Shown one piece after another: positions 19,642 to 29,000 of a DNA stretch of 64,000 bases. The position numbers and the translations under genes are program-made. Origin of the DNA: a bacterium. Its GTDB lineage: Bacteria > Hinthialibacterota > Hinthialibacteria > Hinthialibacterales > Hinthialibacteraceae. The notes beneath the pieces were generated by a model. It had not been told where the DNA came from. It saw only the letters and a list, made by a program, of their open reading frames with translations, and made no database searches. Position 1 is the first letter of the stretch; each line of letters begins with the position of its first letter. Location of the stretch: contig CAXXMV010000006.1 of the NCBI GenBank assembly GCA_963662285.2, positions 1,536,001 through 1,600,000 of the forward strand, given 5' to 3'.

Positions 19642-20775
19642 ATGCGTATTGTGATTGCTCCAAACGCATTTAAGGAATGTATGTCAGCGCCGGGTGTTGC
19701 GGAAGCCATTGCCCAAGGCGTTAAATGCGCTTGTCCGGAAGCGGATATAATCAAGGTTCCACTGGCGGATGGGGGAGATGGTACAGCCGAAGCGCTAGTC
19801 GCCGCGCGTAGCGGGCGTATGGTTAAGATGACCGCCAATGATCCTTTGATGAGACCTGTAGAGGTTAAGTATGGTCTGTTCGATAATGACAAGGCGGCTG
19901 TTATCGAGATGGCCATAGCATCCGGACTTTGGCGATTGAGTGATGATGAAAAGAATCCTCTGAAGACTACTACCTATGGAACCGGCGAGATGATCCTTGA
20001 TGCGTTGGAGCGCGGCGTGCGAACTATAGTAGTTGGCATTGGCGGAAGCGCTACAACCGATGCCGGTATCGGCATGGCTCAAGTTTTGGGTTATAAGTTC
20101 TTGGATGCGGATGGCGATGAATTGACGCCCACTGGTGAAATGATGAACGCCGTGGCGCATATCGATGCGTCGAAGGCTCATCCAGCGATAAGCGAAACGA
20201 CATTCCTGGTGGCGTCAGATGTCACTAATCCCTTGCTGGGTCCTGATGGCGCCGCGCCGGTTTATGGTCCACAAAAGGGCGCCACTCCTGATATGGTTGA
20301 AACCTTAGAACAAGGCTTGTCTAATATAGCAAAACGCTGGGATGAAGATATGGACGTAAGTATTGGTGACATGCCCGGCGGCGGAGCGGCGGGAGGCCTG
20401 GGCGCTGGAATGGCGGCGTTCTGCGGGGCGGAAATACGATCCGGCTTTGATCTGATCGCGGATTATGCCAAACTGGATGAGGCCCTGGACGGCGCGTCTC
20501 TGGTTATCACCGGGGAAGGGAAGATTGACGCTTCCACTCAATTTGGTAAGGTTCCCGCTGGCGTAGTAAAACGCGCTAAAATGAAGGGCGTTCCTGTGAT
20601 AGGATTGGCTGGATCTGTATCGAGCAGCAGCGTCTCTTTAGAGTCGCAAGGTATGCTGGCTGTTTTTTCGATAGTACCAGGACCGATTGATTTAGAGGAA
20701 GCCATGAATAGAGCGGAAGAGTTTTTGCAGCAAACCACAAAACAAGTGATAAATATTTGGCGGTATAAAGCATGA
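19642..20775 (+). CDS. garK: Glycerate kinase (GarK/GlxK family)
   Basis: APNAFK, PLADGGDGT, GGSATTDAG, YGPQKGA, GAAGGLG, ITGEG. Confidence 0.93.
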   Translation: MRIVIAPNAFKECMSAPGVAEAIAQGVKCACPEADIIKVPLADGGDGTAEALVAARSGRMVKMTANDPLMRPVEVKYGLFDNDKAAVIEMAIASGLWRLSDDEKNPLKTTTYGTGEMILDALERGVRTIVVGIGGSATTDAGIGMAQVLGYKFLDADGDELTPTGEMMNAVAHIDASKAHPAISETTFLVASDVTNPLLGPDGAAPVYGPQKGATPDMVETLEQGLSNIAKRWDEDMDVSIGDMPGGGAAGGLGAGMAAFCGAEIRSGFDLIADYAKLDEALDGASLVITGEGKIDASTQFGKVPAGVVKRAKMKGVPVIGLAGSVSSSSVSLESQGMLAVFSIVPGPIDLEEAMNRAEEFLQQTTKQVINIWRYKA

Positions 20776-22181
20776 ACATATTAATAATGGGCGCCGGTGA
20801 GGTTGGTAAAGGTCTTTCTAAGCGCCTTTCCAGTGAAGGGCATCAGGTCAAGGTTATAGATATTGATCCTTCTGTTCTTGAAGATCTGGAAACGCATGTT
20901 GACGTAATGGGTATGGAGGGTAACGGAGCCTGCGCCTCATTGCAGCTTGATGCAGGCGTTAAGGAGATGGATCTTTTTATCGGGGTCAGCGATAACGATG
21001 AGCGTAATATGATCGCCTGCTCCATCGCCAAGCAGTTTGGCGTCAAGACGACTATTGCCCGGGTGCGCAGTGATGAGTACATTTTTCCTGATCGCTCCTA
21101 TTACGCCACATCAATGGGGATTGATCTTATCATCAATCCCGATGAAGTAGCATCGGTTGAATTATTCGATCTTTTAGAGAATCCAGCGGCGGTATCTGTA
21201 GCGGATTTTGCCAGTGGGCGCTTGAAACTGGTTGGCATCATAGTAAAAAAAGAATCCATTGTATGTTCGAGAACTCTAAGCGATTGGCCGGAACTTGGGC
21301 TAGACAAATCAATGCTGGCTGCTGCGGTGGTGCGTGATGGCGAGGCATTCATTCCCCGTGGTGATACATGTCTTCTGGTTGGTGACAGAGTATTTGTGAT
21401 AGCCGCTCCATCAGCGCTGGATAGCGTGAATAAAATCGGCGATATCCAGAATAGGGAATTGAAAAAAGTAGTACTGGTTGGCGCCAGCCGCGTATCGTTT
21501 TTTCTTGCGGAAAGGTTGGAAAAAGCCGGTACGAGAATCCTCATCATCGATAAGGATGAAAAACGCTGCCGGTGGTTCGCTGAAGAACTGGAATCGGCCA
21601 CCATCCTGTTTGGCGATGGCCGGGACATCTCGATTCTAAAAGAAGCGGGCGTGGACGACGCCGATGGCTTCATTTCTGCATCTCAGGATGATGAAACTAA
21701 TATCCTGTCAGCTCTGCTGGCCAAAGAACAAGGCGCCAAGCGCGTTATTACCCTGATGCGCAAGCCGCAATACATCCCCTTGATGGAGCATATCAAACCT
21801 ATCGATGTAGCCATCAATCCTCGCCTGGTGACTATCAACGCGATTATGAGATATGTGCGCCAGGGGCGTATTATTACTATGGCCTCGCTAGCCGCAGAAC
21901 AGGCTGAAGCTATTGAATACGAGATTTCAGCTGAATCCCCATTGATCGGCAGGCCTCTAAAAGAAGGCTTTCTCCCCAGAGAAGTGCTGCTGGGAGCTAT
22001 CGTGCGGGATGATGAAATAATTATTCCACGCGGTGATGATACTCTGCAGCCGCAGGATCATATCGTGGTAATTGCCCTAAAAAAATCTATATCAGATATT
22101 GATAATCTTTTATCAGAAAATGGCCCTGCTACCCGTTGGCAGAAGTTGTTTCAGTCAATTTCCAAGACTGTTTCTCCCTAG
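20772..22181 (+). CDS. trkA: Trk potassium uptake protein TrkA
   Basis: Two RCK_N/RCK_C pairs; GAGEVG, DETNIL. Confidence 0.93.
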   Translation: MNILIMGAGEVGKGLSKRLSSEGHQVKVIDIDPSVLEDLETHVDVMGMEGNGACASLQLDAGVKEMDLFIGVSDNDERNMIACSIAKQFGVKTTIARVRSDEYIFPDRSYYATSMGIDLIINPDEVASVELFDLLENPAAVSVADFASGRLKLVGIIVKKESIVCSRTLSDWPELGLDKSMLAAAVVRDGEAFIPRGDTCLLVGDRVFVIAAPSALDSVNKIGDIQNRELKKVVLVGASRVSFFLAERLEKAGTRILIIDKDEKRCRWFAEELESATILFGDGRDISILKEAGVDDADGFISASQDDETNILSALLAKEQGAKRVITLMRKPQYIPLMEHIKPIDVAINPRLVTINAIMRYVRQGRIITMASLAAEQAEAIEYEISAESPLIGRPLKEGFLPREVLLGAIVRDDEIIIPRGDDTLQPQDHIVVIALKKSISDIDNLLSENGPATRWQKLFQSISKTVSP

Positions 22182-22257
22182 ATATTTTAATTCTCCATAT
22201 GGTATGTTATTATCCAATATGTTGAATATGAAATCTTCATAGTTGAGATAATGCAAA

Positions 22258-22845
22258 ATGTCCAATTCCGTAGTGGTTGATGAATCTGTAAAAGTATTAA
22301 ATGCAGATGTAGATGAAAGTCCTAAGAGAAATCCCAAAGTCTTATTTTTACTGGCTGCATTCGCTCTTTTCTTTCATGGTTTTATTTTCAGCATCGCATT
22401 GATTGCGTCGGTTATTCATCCAGGAGAAGATTTGGTTGATCGTTATTTTTTAGCGATAAATATTCTATTTTATCCTACTATTTTACCTATGGGCGTTTAT
22501 GCTCCATTAGCGGTATGCTCCGGTCATGGCATCTTGAACAGAAAAAAATGGGGATTATTCTTGTATGCCTTTATTCATGCAATGAATATCGCCGCTATTA
22601 TGACTTTGATATTAAAATATCCCGCTTATATTACAGTAACTAAAAAAATCTATTTACCTATGACGGGATGTTATGGATTTTTGCTGATTTCTATTCTTAT
22701 CTTTTGGTATCTAGGTTCAAAAATTGTACGAGATTATTTTGGCTTGCAACGCACATACGTCTTAAAGCGGTATGCGATATATCTGGTTGTTGCTTTTATG
22801 ATAACATTCACAATCGCGTTTTTTGCCGATAGCGTTTTTGGCTAG
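22258..22845 (+). CDS. Hypothetical membrane protein (about 5 TM)
   Basis: 195-aa hydrophobic ORF, AT-rich. Confidence 0.65.
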   Translation: MSNSVVVDESVKVLNADVDESPKRNPKVLFLLAAFALFFHGFIFSIALIASVIHPGEDLVDRYFLAINILFYPTILPMGVYAPLAVCSGHGILNRKKWGLFLYAFIHAMNIAAIMTLILKYPAYITVTKKIYLPMTGCYGFLLISILIFWYLGSKIVRDYFGLQRTYVLKRYAIYLVVAFMITFTIAFFADSVFG

Positions 22846-22908
22846 AACTCAAGTGCATAAAGTTACGTTCTTCCCGGTTGGTTGAAATGAACATTGGAGA
22901 GACGAAAA

Positions 22909-23751
22909 ATGAGTAAGCATGATTATTCTGTTCGACTTATGGATCGCAAAGATGTCGATACCGCCGTATCGTGGGCGGCGGCTGAGGGATGGAATCCGGG
23001 CTTGTATGATGCGGATTGCTTTTTTAGCGCAGATAACTATGGCTATCTTATTGGAGAATTAAACGGCGAACCGGTTGGCTGCATATCATGCGTCGCTTAT
23101 GGCGACAGGTTCGGCTTCATCGGTTTATATATAGTTAAACCTGAATATCGTGGTCAGGGCTATGGCATTAAGTTGTGGAATGACGCTATCTCCTATCTAA
23201 AAGACCGTAATATAGGTTTGGATGGAGTTATCGAGCAGCAGGAGAATTACAAAAAATCCGGCTTCAAACTGGCCTATAGAAATATCCGCTTTGAAGCAAC
23301 CGGAAATGGAAAACTGGCGCCATCCATTGTTCCCGTTTCAGATATTCCGCTGGCGCAAATCCTGGAGTACGACCGGAAATGCTTTCCGGCTGATCGCGAA
23401 ATATTCATGCAGAATTGGTTAAATATGCCCAATGCGGTATCAATGGGCAAAGTTGAAAACGGCGTATTGCAGGGATTCGGCGTTATCCGGGAATGCGGCA
23501 AGGGTTACAAAATCGGCCCGCTATTCGCGGATGACGAACGCATCGCCGAAGACCTCTACCAATCGTTGACCTCACAAGCCATTGGCGCCCAGGTTTATTT
23601 TGACGTCCCGGAAATCAATCTGCCAGCGGTCGCCATAGCCCAACGGCATAACATGAAAATGGTCTTCGAGACAGCGCGTATGTACACCAAAGAAGAACCC
23701 GATGTTGATCTGAATCGCGTTTTTGGTGTTACAACATTCGAACTGGGATAA
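22909..23751 (+). CDS. Tandem GNAT acetyltransferase (YitH-like)
   Basis: EGWNPG, VKPEYRGQGYG, IGPLFA, FETARMY, VFGVTTFELG. Confidence 0.9.
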   Translation: MSKHDYSVRLMDRKDVDTAVSWAAAEGWNPGLYDADCFFSADNYGYLIGELNGEPVGCISCVAYGDRFGFIGLYIVKPEYRGQGYGIKLWNDAISYLKDRNIGLDGVIEQQENYKKSGFKLAYRNIRFEATGNGKLAPSIVPVSDIPLAQILEYDRKCFPADREIFMQNWLNMPNAVSMGKVENGVLQGFGVIRECGKGYKIGPLFADDERIAEDLYQSLTSQAIGAQVYFDVPEINLPAVAIAQRHNMKMVFETARMYTKEEPDVDLNRVFGVTTFELG

Positions 23752-23770
23752 AAAAATGGGTAATCAGGGC

Positions 23771-23804
23771 GGGTGGCAAGGACAGTGTATTTTCTGTCCT
23801 TGAC
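23771..23804 (+). repeat. GGGTGCCAAGGGCAG-family hairpin repeat
   Basis: Related copies at 24202-24240, 29388-29420 and inverted at 29582-29614. Confidence 0.8.
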
Positions 23805-23888
23805 TAGACCTTGGTAAAATTAATATCTTCAAATCTGTAATAATTCAACGATATATATTCTAAAAATGATCTATTATTAGCAATATAT

Positions 23889-23924
23889 ATGAGCGTAGCG
23901 CTGCACGATTACCGGAGACAGTAA
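23889..23924 (+). pseudogene. Possible 3' remnant of a RelE/HigB-type toxin
   Basis: Encodes MSVALHDYRRQ*, stop 1 nt before the antitoxin ATG; HDYRR ending recalled from toxins paired with this antitoxin family. Confidence 0.45.
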
Positions 23925-23925
23925 A

Positions 23926-24186
23926 ATGAAAGATTTTACCAAAGCCAAAAAAAGAATAGATGTTTCCGTCGGCGAGTCGGTTAAGATTATGCGTGAATTA
24001 CAGGAATTAAGCCAAAATCAGTTATCGGAATTAACAGGCATTCCTCAATCAACTATTTCCGCCATTGAACATAACCGGACCAAGTTAGGCGTTGAAAGAG
24101 CCAAGGTTCTGGCGCGCGCCCTTAATTGTCACCCGTCTGTCCTGGTATTCCCCGGTTGGGACGTAAAGCAAGAATCAGCGGCATAA
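23926..24186 (+). CDS. XRE/HTH_3 antitoxin-like regulator (HigA type)
   Basis: LSQNQLSELTGIPQSTISAIE HTH; LGVERAKVLARAL. Confidence 0.88.
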   Translation: MKDFTKAKKRIDVSVGESVKIMRELQELSQNQLSELTGIPQSTISAIEHNRTKLGVERAKVLARALNCHPSVLVFPGWDVKQESAA

Positions 24187-24201
24187 CAATCCGTAGGGGC
24201 T

Positions 24202-24240
24202 GGGTGCCAAGGGCAAGACCGCATTGCGGTCAGCCCTTGA
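24202..24240 (+). repeat. GGGTGCCAAGGGC-family hairpin repeat preceded by a GTAGGGGC stub
   Basis: CAAGGGC..GACCGCATTGCGGTC..GCCCTTG. Confidence 0.75.
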
Positions 24241-24432
24241 TGAGACCTTCGTAAAATCAAAAACTTCCAATCTGTATCTTGCCCATCTCTCGTTTAAGGA
24301 ACTCGTAGTCGGCTTTGGGATCAAGCAGAATTTCCTTAATAACGTTGTTGGAAAATGCTTCCTTAAAATTGAATTCAAGTTGCAAAGAGGGTGTAAACTT
24401 TATCATAGGGCTTGCTGTTTTAGATGGAAGTC

Positions 24433-24460
24433 TTGACAAATGAATAGTTTATGCTACACT
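24433..24460 (+). promoter_or_regulatory. Transposase promoter
   Basis: TTGACA-16-TACACT with TG before the -10. Confidence 0.6.
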
Positions 24461-24529
24461 CATTCTATGAATCCTGCAAGGGGAATTACATAAAACCCTT
24501 AAAACCTTTGCACTTGAGAGTGGATAAAG

Positions 24530-26113
24530 ATGTATAAAAACGACTCTTTTACTCCGATGTTTCCCGAATTTGGTTTGCCCTTTGGCGGTTATCTTGATCC
24601 CGATAATCGCTGGGTGAAAAAAGCGGCCATGATTCCCTGGGAGGTGGTTGAGCGTGAATACAAAAATAAGTTAAGCGGCTCGACGACTGGTTGTCCGGCT
24701 CTGACCGCCCGAATGGCATTTGGCTCTTTGGTTATCAAAGAAGAACTCAAAGCATCAGATCGTGAAACTGTCGAACAGATCCGTGAAAATCCTTATCTCC
24801 AGTTTTTTATCGGATTGGACGGTTTTCAAACCGGAGAACCTTTTGATGCTTCCATGATGGTTCATTTCCGCAAACGTTTTCCCGTCGAATCGATGAATAA
24901 AATTAACGAAGCGATGACCTTGGCGGCGGCGAAACCCAAAGATGATAAATCATCAGATGAAGATGATGACGTTCCAAAAGATTCCATGAAGTTATCAGAT
25001 GAATCGACGTCCAATAAGGATGGCAATGAAACTTTCGAGGTTGAGAACCGGGGCAAGTTATTGATCGATGCGACTTGCACTCCAGCCGATATTCGTTACC
25101 CCACCGATTTGAATTTACTCAACGAAGCGCGTGAAAAAACGGAAGCGATAATTGATCGGCTCCATCAGGAACGCCCGGACGGCAGCAAGAAACCACGTAC
25201 CTATCGTGAAAATGCACGTAAAGAATATCTTGCTATCTCCAAGAAAAAAAGAAATCCATACAAAGTAATTCGTCGAGCCATTCGTAAACAATTGGGTTAT
25301 GTGAATAGAAATCTGGCGCATATAAAAACTCTCTCGCAGACTGTTTCCCTAGGTGTTTTGAAACGGAACCTCTATCGGGCGCTGTTGGTGATCAGCGAAT
25401 TATATCGACAACAAAAAATCATGTATGACTCGAAACAAAAGCGTATTGCTGACAGGATTGTCAGTATTTGGTTTCCGTATGTGCGTCCCATTAAACGCGG
25501 CAAAGCCAATGCCGAGACGGAGTTTGGCGCAAAACTAAATCTCAGTCTGGTCAATGGATTCGCGTTTATGGAAAGAATTGATTGGAACAATTTCAACGAG
25601 TCAACAGATTTGATTCAAACGATAAAAAACTTTCGCCACCATTTTGGTTTCTTTCCTGAATCGGTTCATGTAGATCAAATTTACCGGAACAAAAGTAATA
25701 GGGATTATTGCAAAAAATATGGTATTAGAATATCCGGCCCAGCGATGGGACGTCCCGTCAAAGATAAAATCATTCGCCGGGAACAAAAGCAACTCGCCCG
25801 GCAAGATGAAATAGATCGTGTTGCCATTGAAGGAAAATTTGGAGAGGGAAAACGTCGCTTCGGCTTGGCGAGAATCATGGCTAAACTGGCAGAAACCTCA
25901 CTGACGGTTATCGGATTGAACCTGTTCGTAATGAATCTGCATAAGATTTCACGACTGGGTAATTTAAATCGGTTCTTTTTGTTTATCGATTTGTGGATTG
26001 AGGTAATACAAGAGGCGCTTCAAACGCTTATCAAATCAAAATGGAGACGCTGGATCAATTTTTTCAGCAATCAAAGTTCATTCGGCAGTGATCCCGTTCG
26101 TACATCGCCCTGA
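24530..26113 (+). CDS. IS5-family DDE transposase
   Basis: ENPYLQFF, IDATC, YPTD, EFGAK, VDQIY, IEGKFGEGKR. Confidence 0.95.
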   Translation: MYKNDSFTPMFPEFGLPFGGYLDPDNRWVKKAAMIPWEVVEREYKNKLSGSTTGCPALTARMAFGSLVIKEELKASDRETVEQIRENPYLQFFIGLDGFQTGEPFDASMMVHFRKRFPVESMNKINEAMTLAAAKPKDDKSSDEDDDVPKDSMKLSDESTSNKDGNETFEVENRGKLLIDATCTPADIRYPTDLNLLNEAREKTEAIIDRLHQERPDGSKKPRTYRENARKEYLAISKKKRNPYKVIRRAIRKQLGYVNRNLAHIKTLSQTVSLGVLKRNLYRALLVISELYRQQKIMYDSKQKRIADRIVSIWFPYVRPIKRGKANAETEFGAKLNLSLVNGFAFMERIDWNNFNESTDLIQTIKNFRHHFGFFPESVHVDQIYRNKSNRDYCKKYGIRISGPAMGRPVKDKIIRREQKQLARQDEIDRVAIEGKFGEGKRRFGLARIMAKLAETSLTVIGLNLFVMNLHKISRLGNLNRFFLFIDLWIEVIQEALQTLIKSKWRRWINFFSNQSSFGSDPVRTSP

Positions 26114-26923
26114 GTCACTACCGAAGATTATAATCTTCGGTAGTTGAAAACGTTTTTCAGCAAGCCCTATCATAGTTCGATCCTTTAGAGTAAATCGACC
26201 TATTCCGAAGGTTGATAGAGAAATGCGTAACTCCTTTTCCTCAGAGAACTTAGCAGCGTCTTTCATGTAGGTATAAATAATTGGATTGGGCAATTTGTGG
26301 TCGTTTGTTTGATGGGTATACCAATCGACATATTTAATCATACCGTAATTCAGTGAAAATATCTGGTGGCAGAGATTGCCCTTGTATTTAAGTGCGGCGC
26401 TTTCTGAGTTCAAGGTATGATTGAGCATAGTACGAAGTTTACCAAATTCGAAAACGACACAGACTTTGCCCTTCTCGCTTCCATTGGCGTATTTATTCCA
26501 TATGTAATCAGAGTTCTCCATTGAGAAGCAGCAGGCATAGGTTCTCTCTCGTGATTTGTCATAATAATGTGCAGGAGAAAAGTCAGGAGCCTTCTGGAAT
26601 CGTATCGCAGAATTGGTAGGTTGATCCTTTGGTAACTGTTTGCCATCGTTCTGATCCGCTTCTGGAAAATCTGAATAACTATCAACACGATTGAAATAGA
26701 GATAATTATTAGTAACCGAACTCAATAAGTTCTCTATAGTCATGACCTTATACAGCAATTGTCCGTCTTGTGGAATGCATAATAGTGGTGCATGGGGTTC
26801 GATGCTCCCCACTGGTGCAGGAAGATGTTTAGAATGTTCTGATCTATTCATATCTGAAAACAAAAATGATGCATTTTCATTGATCTTACTCCAAACATTT
26901 TATTCGATTTTTCCTTGATAATC

Positions 26924-26955
26924 AAAAAAAACGGCCAGCAAATTCAGCTGGCCGT
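26924..26955 (-). terminator. Intrinsic terminator
   Basis: ACGGCCAGC/GCTGGCCGT stem + T run on minus strand. Confidence 0.85.
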
Positions 26956-26981
26956 AAGTTTGTCATCTATTCAGTTAATAT

Positions 26982-28478
26982 CTATTGCATTGATAATTCC
27001 CGGCTATTGTCTTTATTTTCGTCTTGCTGAATGGGAACCGTTGCAGCCGTCTCTTTTGTAGGTTTCTCACAGGGTGGATCAGAGCATAATCCCGCGACGA
27101 TTTTATCAAGCGACTCTAGACGTTCCAGTAACGAATCCAATTGTCCGCCTGCTGTGTCTGCTAACGATGTGAAGGTATGCAGCATTTCGCGTAGTGCGTC
27201 GCCATTCTCAGGAGCGTTCTCTTTGGCGAACAAGGTTTCGGTTCTGGCTTTAACTTCTTTAACCTGATTATCGATTTGCGAACGAAGCGTGTTGGTTTTC
27301 TTGGTGATGCCCTGAAGCGTTGAGGTCAATTTTTCAAATTGGGGAGTCTCTTCGAGGGGCACGTAACTGGATTGAGCCTCTGGATTCTGCGCCACGTCCT
27401 GCTTCAATGTATCAAGTTTACTGGAGACGTCGCGCAAAGACTGAACCAATTTACCGATCTCCACCGAAGTCTGCTTTTTGCTGTTCTCCAGTTGGGATTT
27501 TATCTCGACCTTGGTTCCTTCCATGCCTTCGCTGGTGATATACAGCGCTCTCATCATAGATTCGCTGGTAGAGTCGATACTGGCGTTCATCTGATTAACT
27601 TTGGCTTGAAGGTCGCCAAGGTTGGATTGTATATCTTTTTGGATGGTTTGAGTTGATTCGGTTAAGGTGCACATTTGCTGCTGGTTGTCTTTTTGCAATT
27701 GGGGGACGCTGGCGCATAGTTCGCTGACGGCTTTATTCGATGAATCTATATCCTTTCCTAGATTGGATATTTTCTGCGCCATCAGAGTTAACTCGGCGGA
27801 TATTTTTTGTGAATCGTTCTGGTTTCTGTTTTCAATCGTATTTACTGATGATGCCAGTTCACTCAGTTGAGTATTGGTATTATTATTAGAGAGTTTTATC
27901 AGGTCTTTCAGGGTTTGGTTTTTTTGATCAATTTGCGCCAGCAGTCCCGTGTTAGCCTCTACCATATTTGAATCCAGGTTTTGCACTGCGGTAAGTATTG
28001 CTTCGCCAGATATGCGGGATGTACGTCCTAAAGTTTGAACTACTCTTACTATATCCTGATTGGTTGATTCGATATTCGATACTGCTTGGGCAACTTCGCT
28101 TCCGTTCTTTGCAATCGCCTGAAGCGTCTCGGAGTGATATCCTTCGTCAGTCTGTTTTATATCCAAAAGTCCTTTTGCCAGGATAGAAGAAGTATCATTG
28201 ATTTTTGTTTCAAGGTCTTTACCGAATTTGCTTAAGGTTGTATTGGTTTTATCTGAGACAGATACAATATTATGTTTAGCATCGGCGTTGATGCGTTTTT
28301 CCATTCCTTGCAGGCGGTAATCCATATAAGCCGCCATTCCGATCCAAGATCCGACGACGACGACTAATCCGGATACTACAAGTCCGGCCGCCGATCTTTT
28401 TCCATTGCCGTTTTCCAAACCATTGTTTGGAGGTGATTCGTTCTGTCCGGTAAGGTTTACATTCTTAGTCATGATCAT
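26982..28478 (-). CDS. Membrane-anchored long helical/coiled-coil protein
   Basis: AAGGAG RBS; one N-terminal TM then ~430 aa rich in Q/N/S/T/K/L. Confidence 0.85.
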   Translation of the reverse strand: MIMTKNVNLTGQNESPPNNGLENGNGKRSAAGLVVSGLVVVVGSWIGMAAYMDYRLQGMEKRINADAKHNIVSVSDKTNTTLSKFGKDLETKINDTSSILAKGLLDIKQTDEGYHSETLQAIAKNGSEVAQAVSNIESTNQDIVRVVQTLGRTSRISGEAILTAVQNLDSNMVEANTGLLAQIDQKNQTLKDLIKLSNNNTNTQLSELASSVNTIENRNQNDSQKISAELTLMAQKISNLGKDIDSSNKAVSELCASVPQLQKDNQQQMCTLTESTQTIQKDIQSNLGDLQAKVNQMNASIDSTSESMMRALYITSEGMEGTKVEIKSQLENSKKQTSVEIGKLVQSLRDVSSKLDTLKQDVAQNPEAQSSYVPLEETPQFEKLTSTLQGITKKTNTLRSQIDNQVKEVKARTETLFAKENAPENGDALREMLHTFTSLADTAGGQLDSLLERLESLDKIVAGLCSDPPCEKPTKETAATVPIQQDENKDNSRELSMQ

Positions 28479-28791
28479 GACTCCTTTATATATAAAAAGT
28501 GTTAGTGTCCCGGTAACAGTAGTTTATAACTCTGTTCCAGGTAGTTGCGGCGATTCGTCGCCGTGAAGTAAATACTTTTTCTAATTACAAATAAATAAAC
28601 AATGAATAGAAAACAGTTCGATTGCTGTGTCTAACTCTGTTTCCTATGAAAATGGAAAGTAGACTCCAAGCAGGTTCGTTGAAATGGAAGGAAATACGCA
28701 GACTATCTGATCGTTACCCGATGCATCTCTCTTATAAATCAATAATAAAAACCATACAAAAAGGACGCTTGATAGTATGAGTCATACATAT

Positions 28792-28841
28792 TAGAGCGGA
28801 TGAAGCAAACTCATACGCAGGTCATTCCGAGAACCGCTCTA
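28792..28841. repeat. Short TAGAGCGG-ended MITE
   Basis: TAGAGCGG...CCGCTCTA, 50 bp. Confidence 0.65.
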
Positions 28842-28895
28842 AACGTCTCATGATTAAAATCTTATTATAAGGTGCTTCTTTCCAGAGATAAGCTC

Positions 28896-28989
28896 GAACC
28901 GGGGATTACACGATCAGTTGGCTGGGATATTCCCACATAAAACGCTCTTGCATAGAGATATCAACTGATCCATCCCTCAACCCCGATTC
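28896..28989 (-). ncRNA. Candidate structured RNA of unknown family
   Basis: Nested stems GAATCGGGG/CCCCGGTTC and GATCAGTTG/CAACTGATC closing two hairpins; G-U pair favours minus strand. Confidence 0.45.
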
Positions 28990-29000
28990 TTTCAGTCTTA

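Larger units (their letters stand above)
24408..26167 (+). mobile_element. IS5-family insertion sequence, 1760 bp
   Basis: TIRs GGGCTTGCTG/CAGCAAGCCC; TATCATA duplicated at 24401-24407 and 26168-26174. Confidence 0.92.
24257..26863 (-). pseudogene. DUF2971-like gene interrupted by IS5-family element
   Basis: 26863-26168 and 24400-24257 join in frame (KDRTMI|KFTPSL) when the IS is removed; CFS, WNKYA, VCVVF and K..FSEEKELR motifs. Confidence 0.75.

Noticed and set aside
21101-21673. 190-aa antisense ORF, and similar ones at 1887-2333, 55202-55684, 59812-60267
   Set aside because: Lie opposite well-supported genes with no motifs; codon-bias shadows
28505-28570. c-di-GMP-I riboswitch
   Set aside because: Two-hairpin layout with GCAA, but no GNRA loop, receptor or GGCAAA 5' element
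28861-28892. SAM-I riboswitch-like CTTAT..AAGGTGC..TTCC..GATAAG
   Set aside because: The 5' half (ATCAAGAG, GAGGGA, GCAACC) is missing on that strand and no downstream methionine gene
28880-28989. tRNA/tmRNA suggested by GGGGTTG and GGTTCGAG on minus strand
   Set aside because: No T-stem pairing, acceptor stem or CCA end
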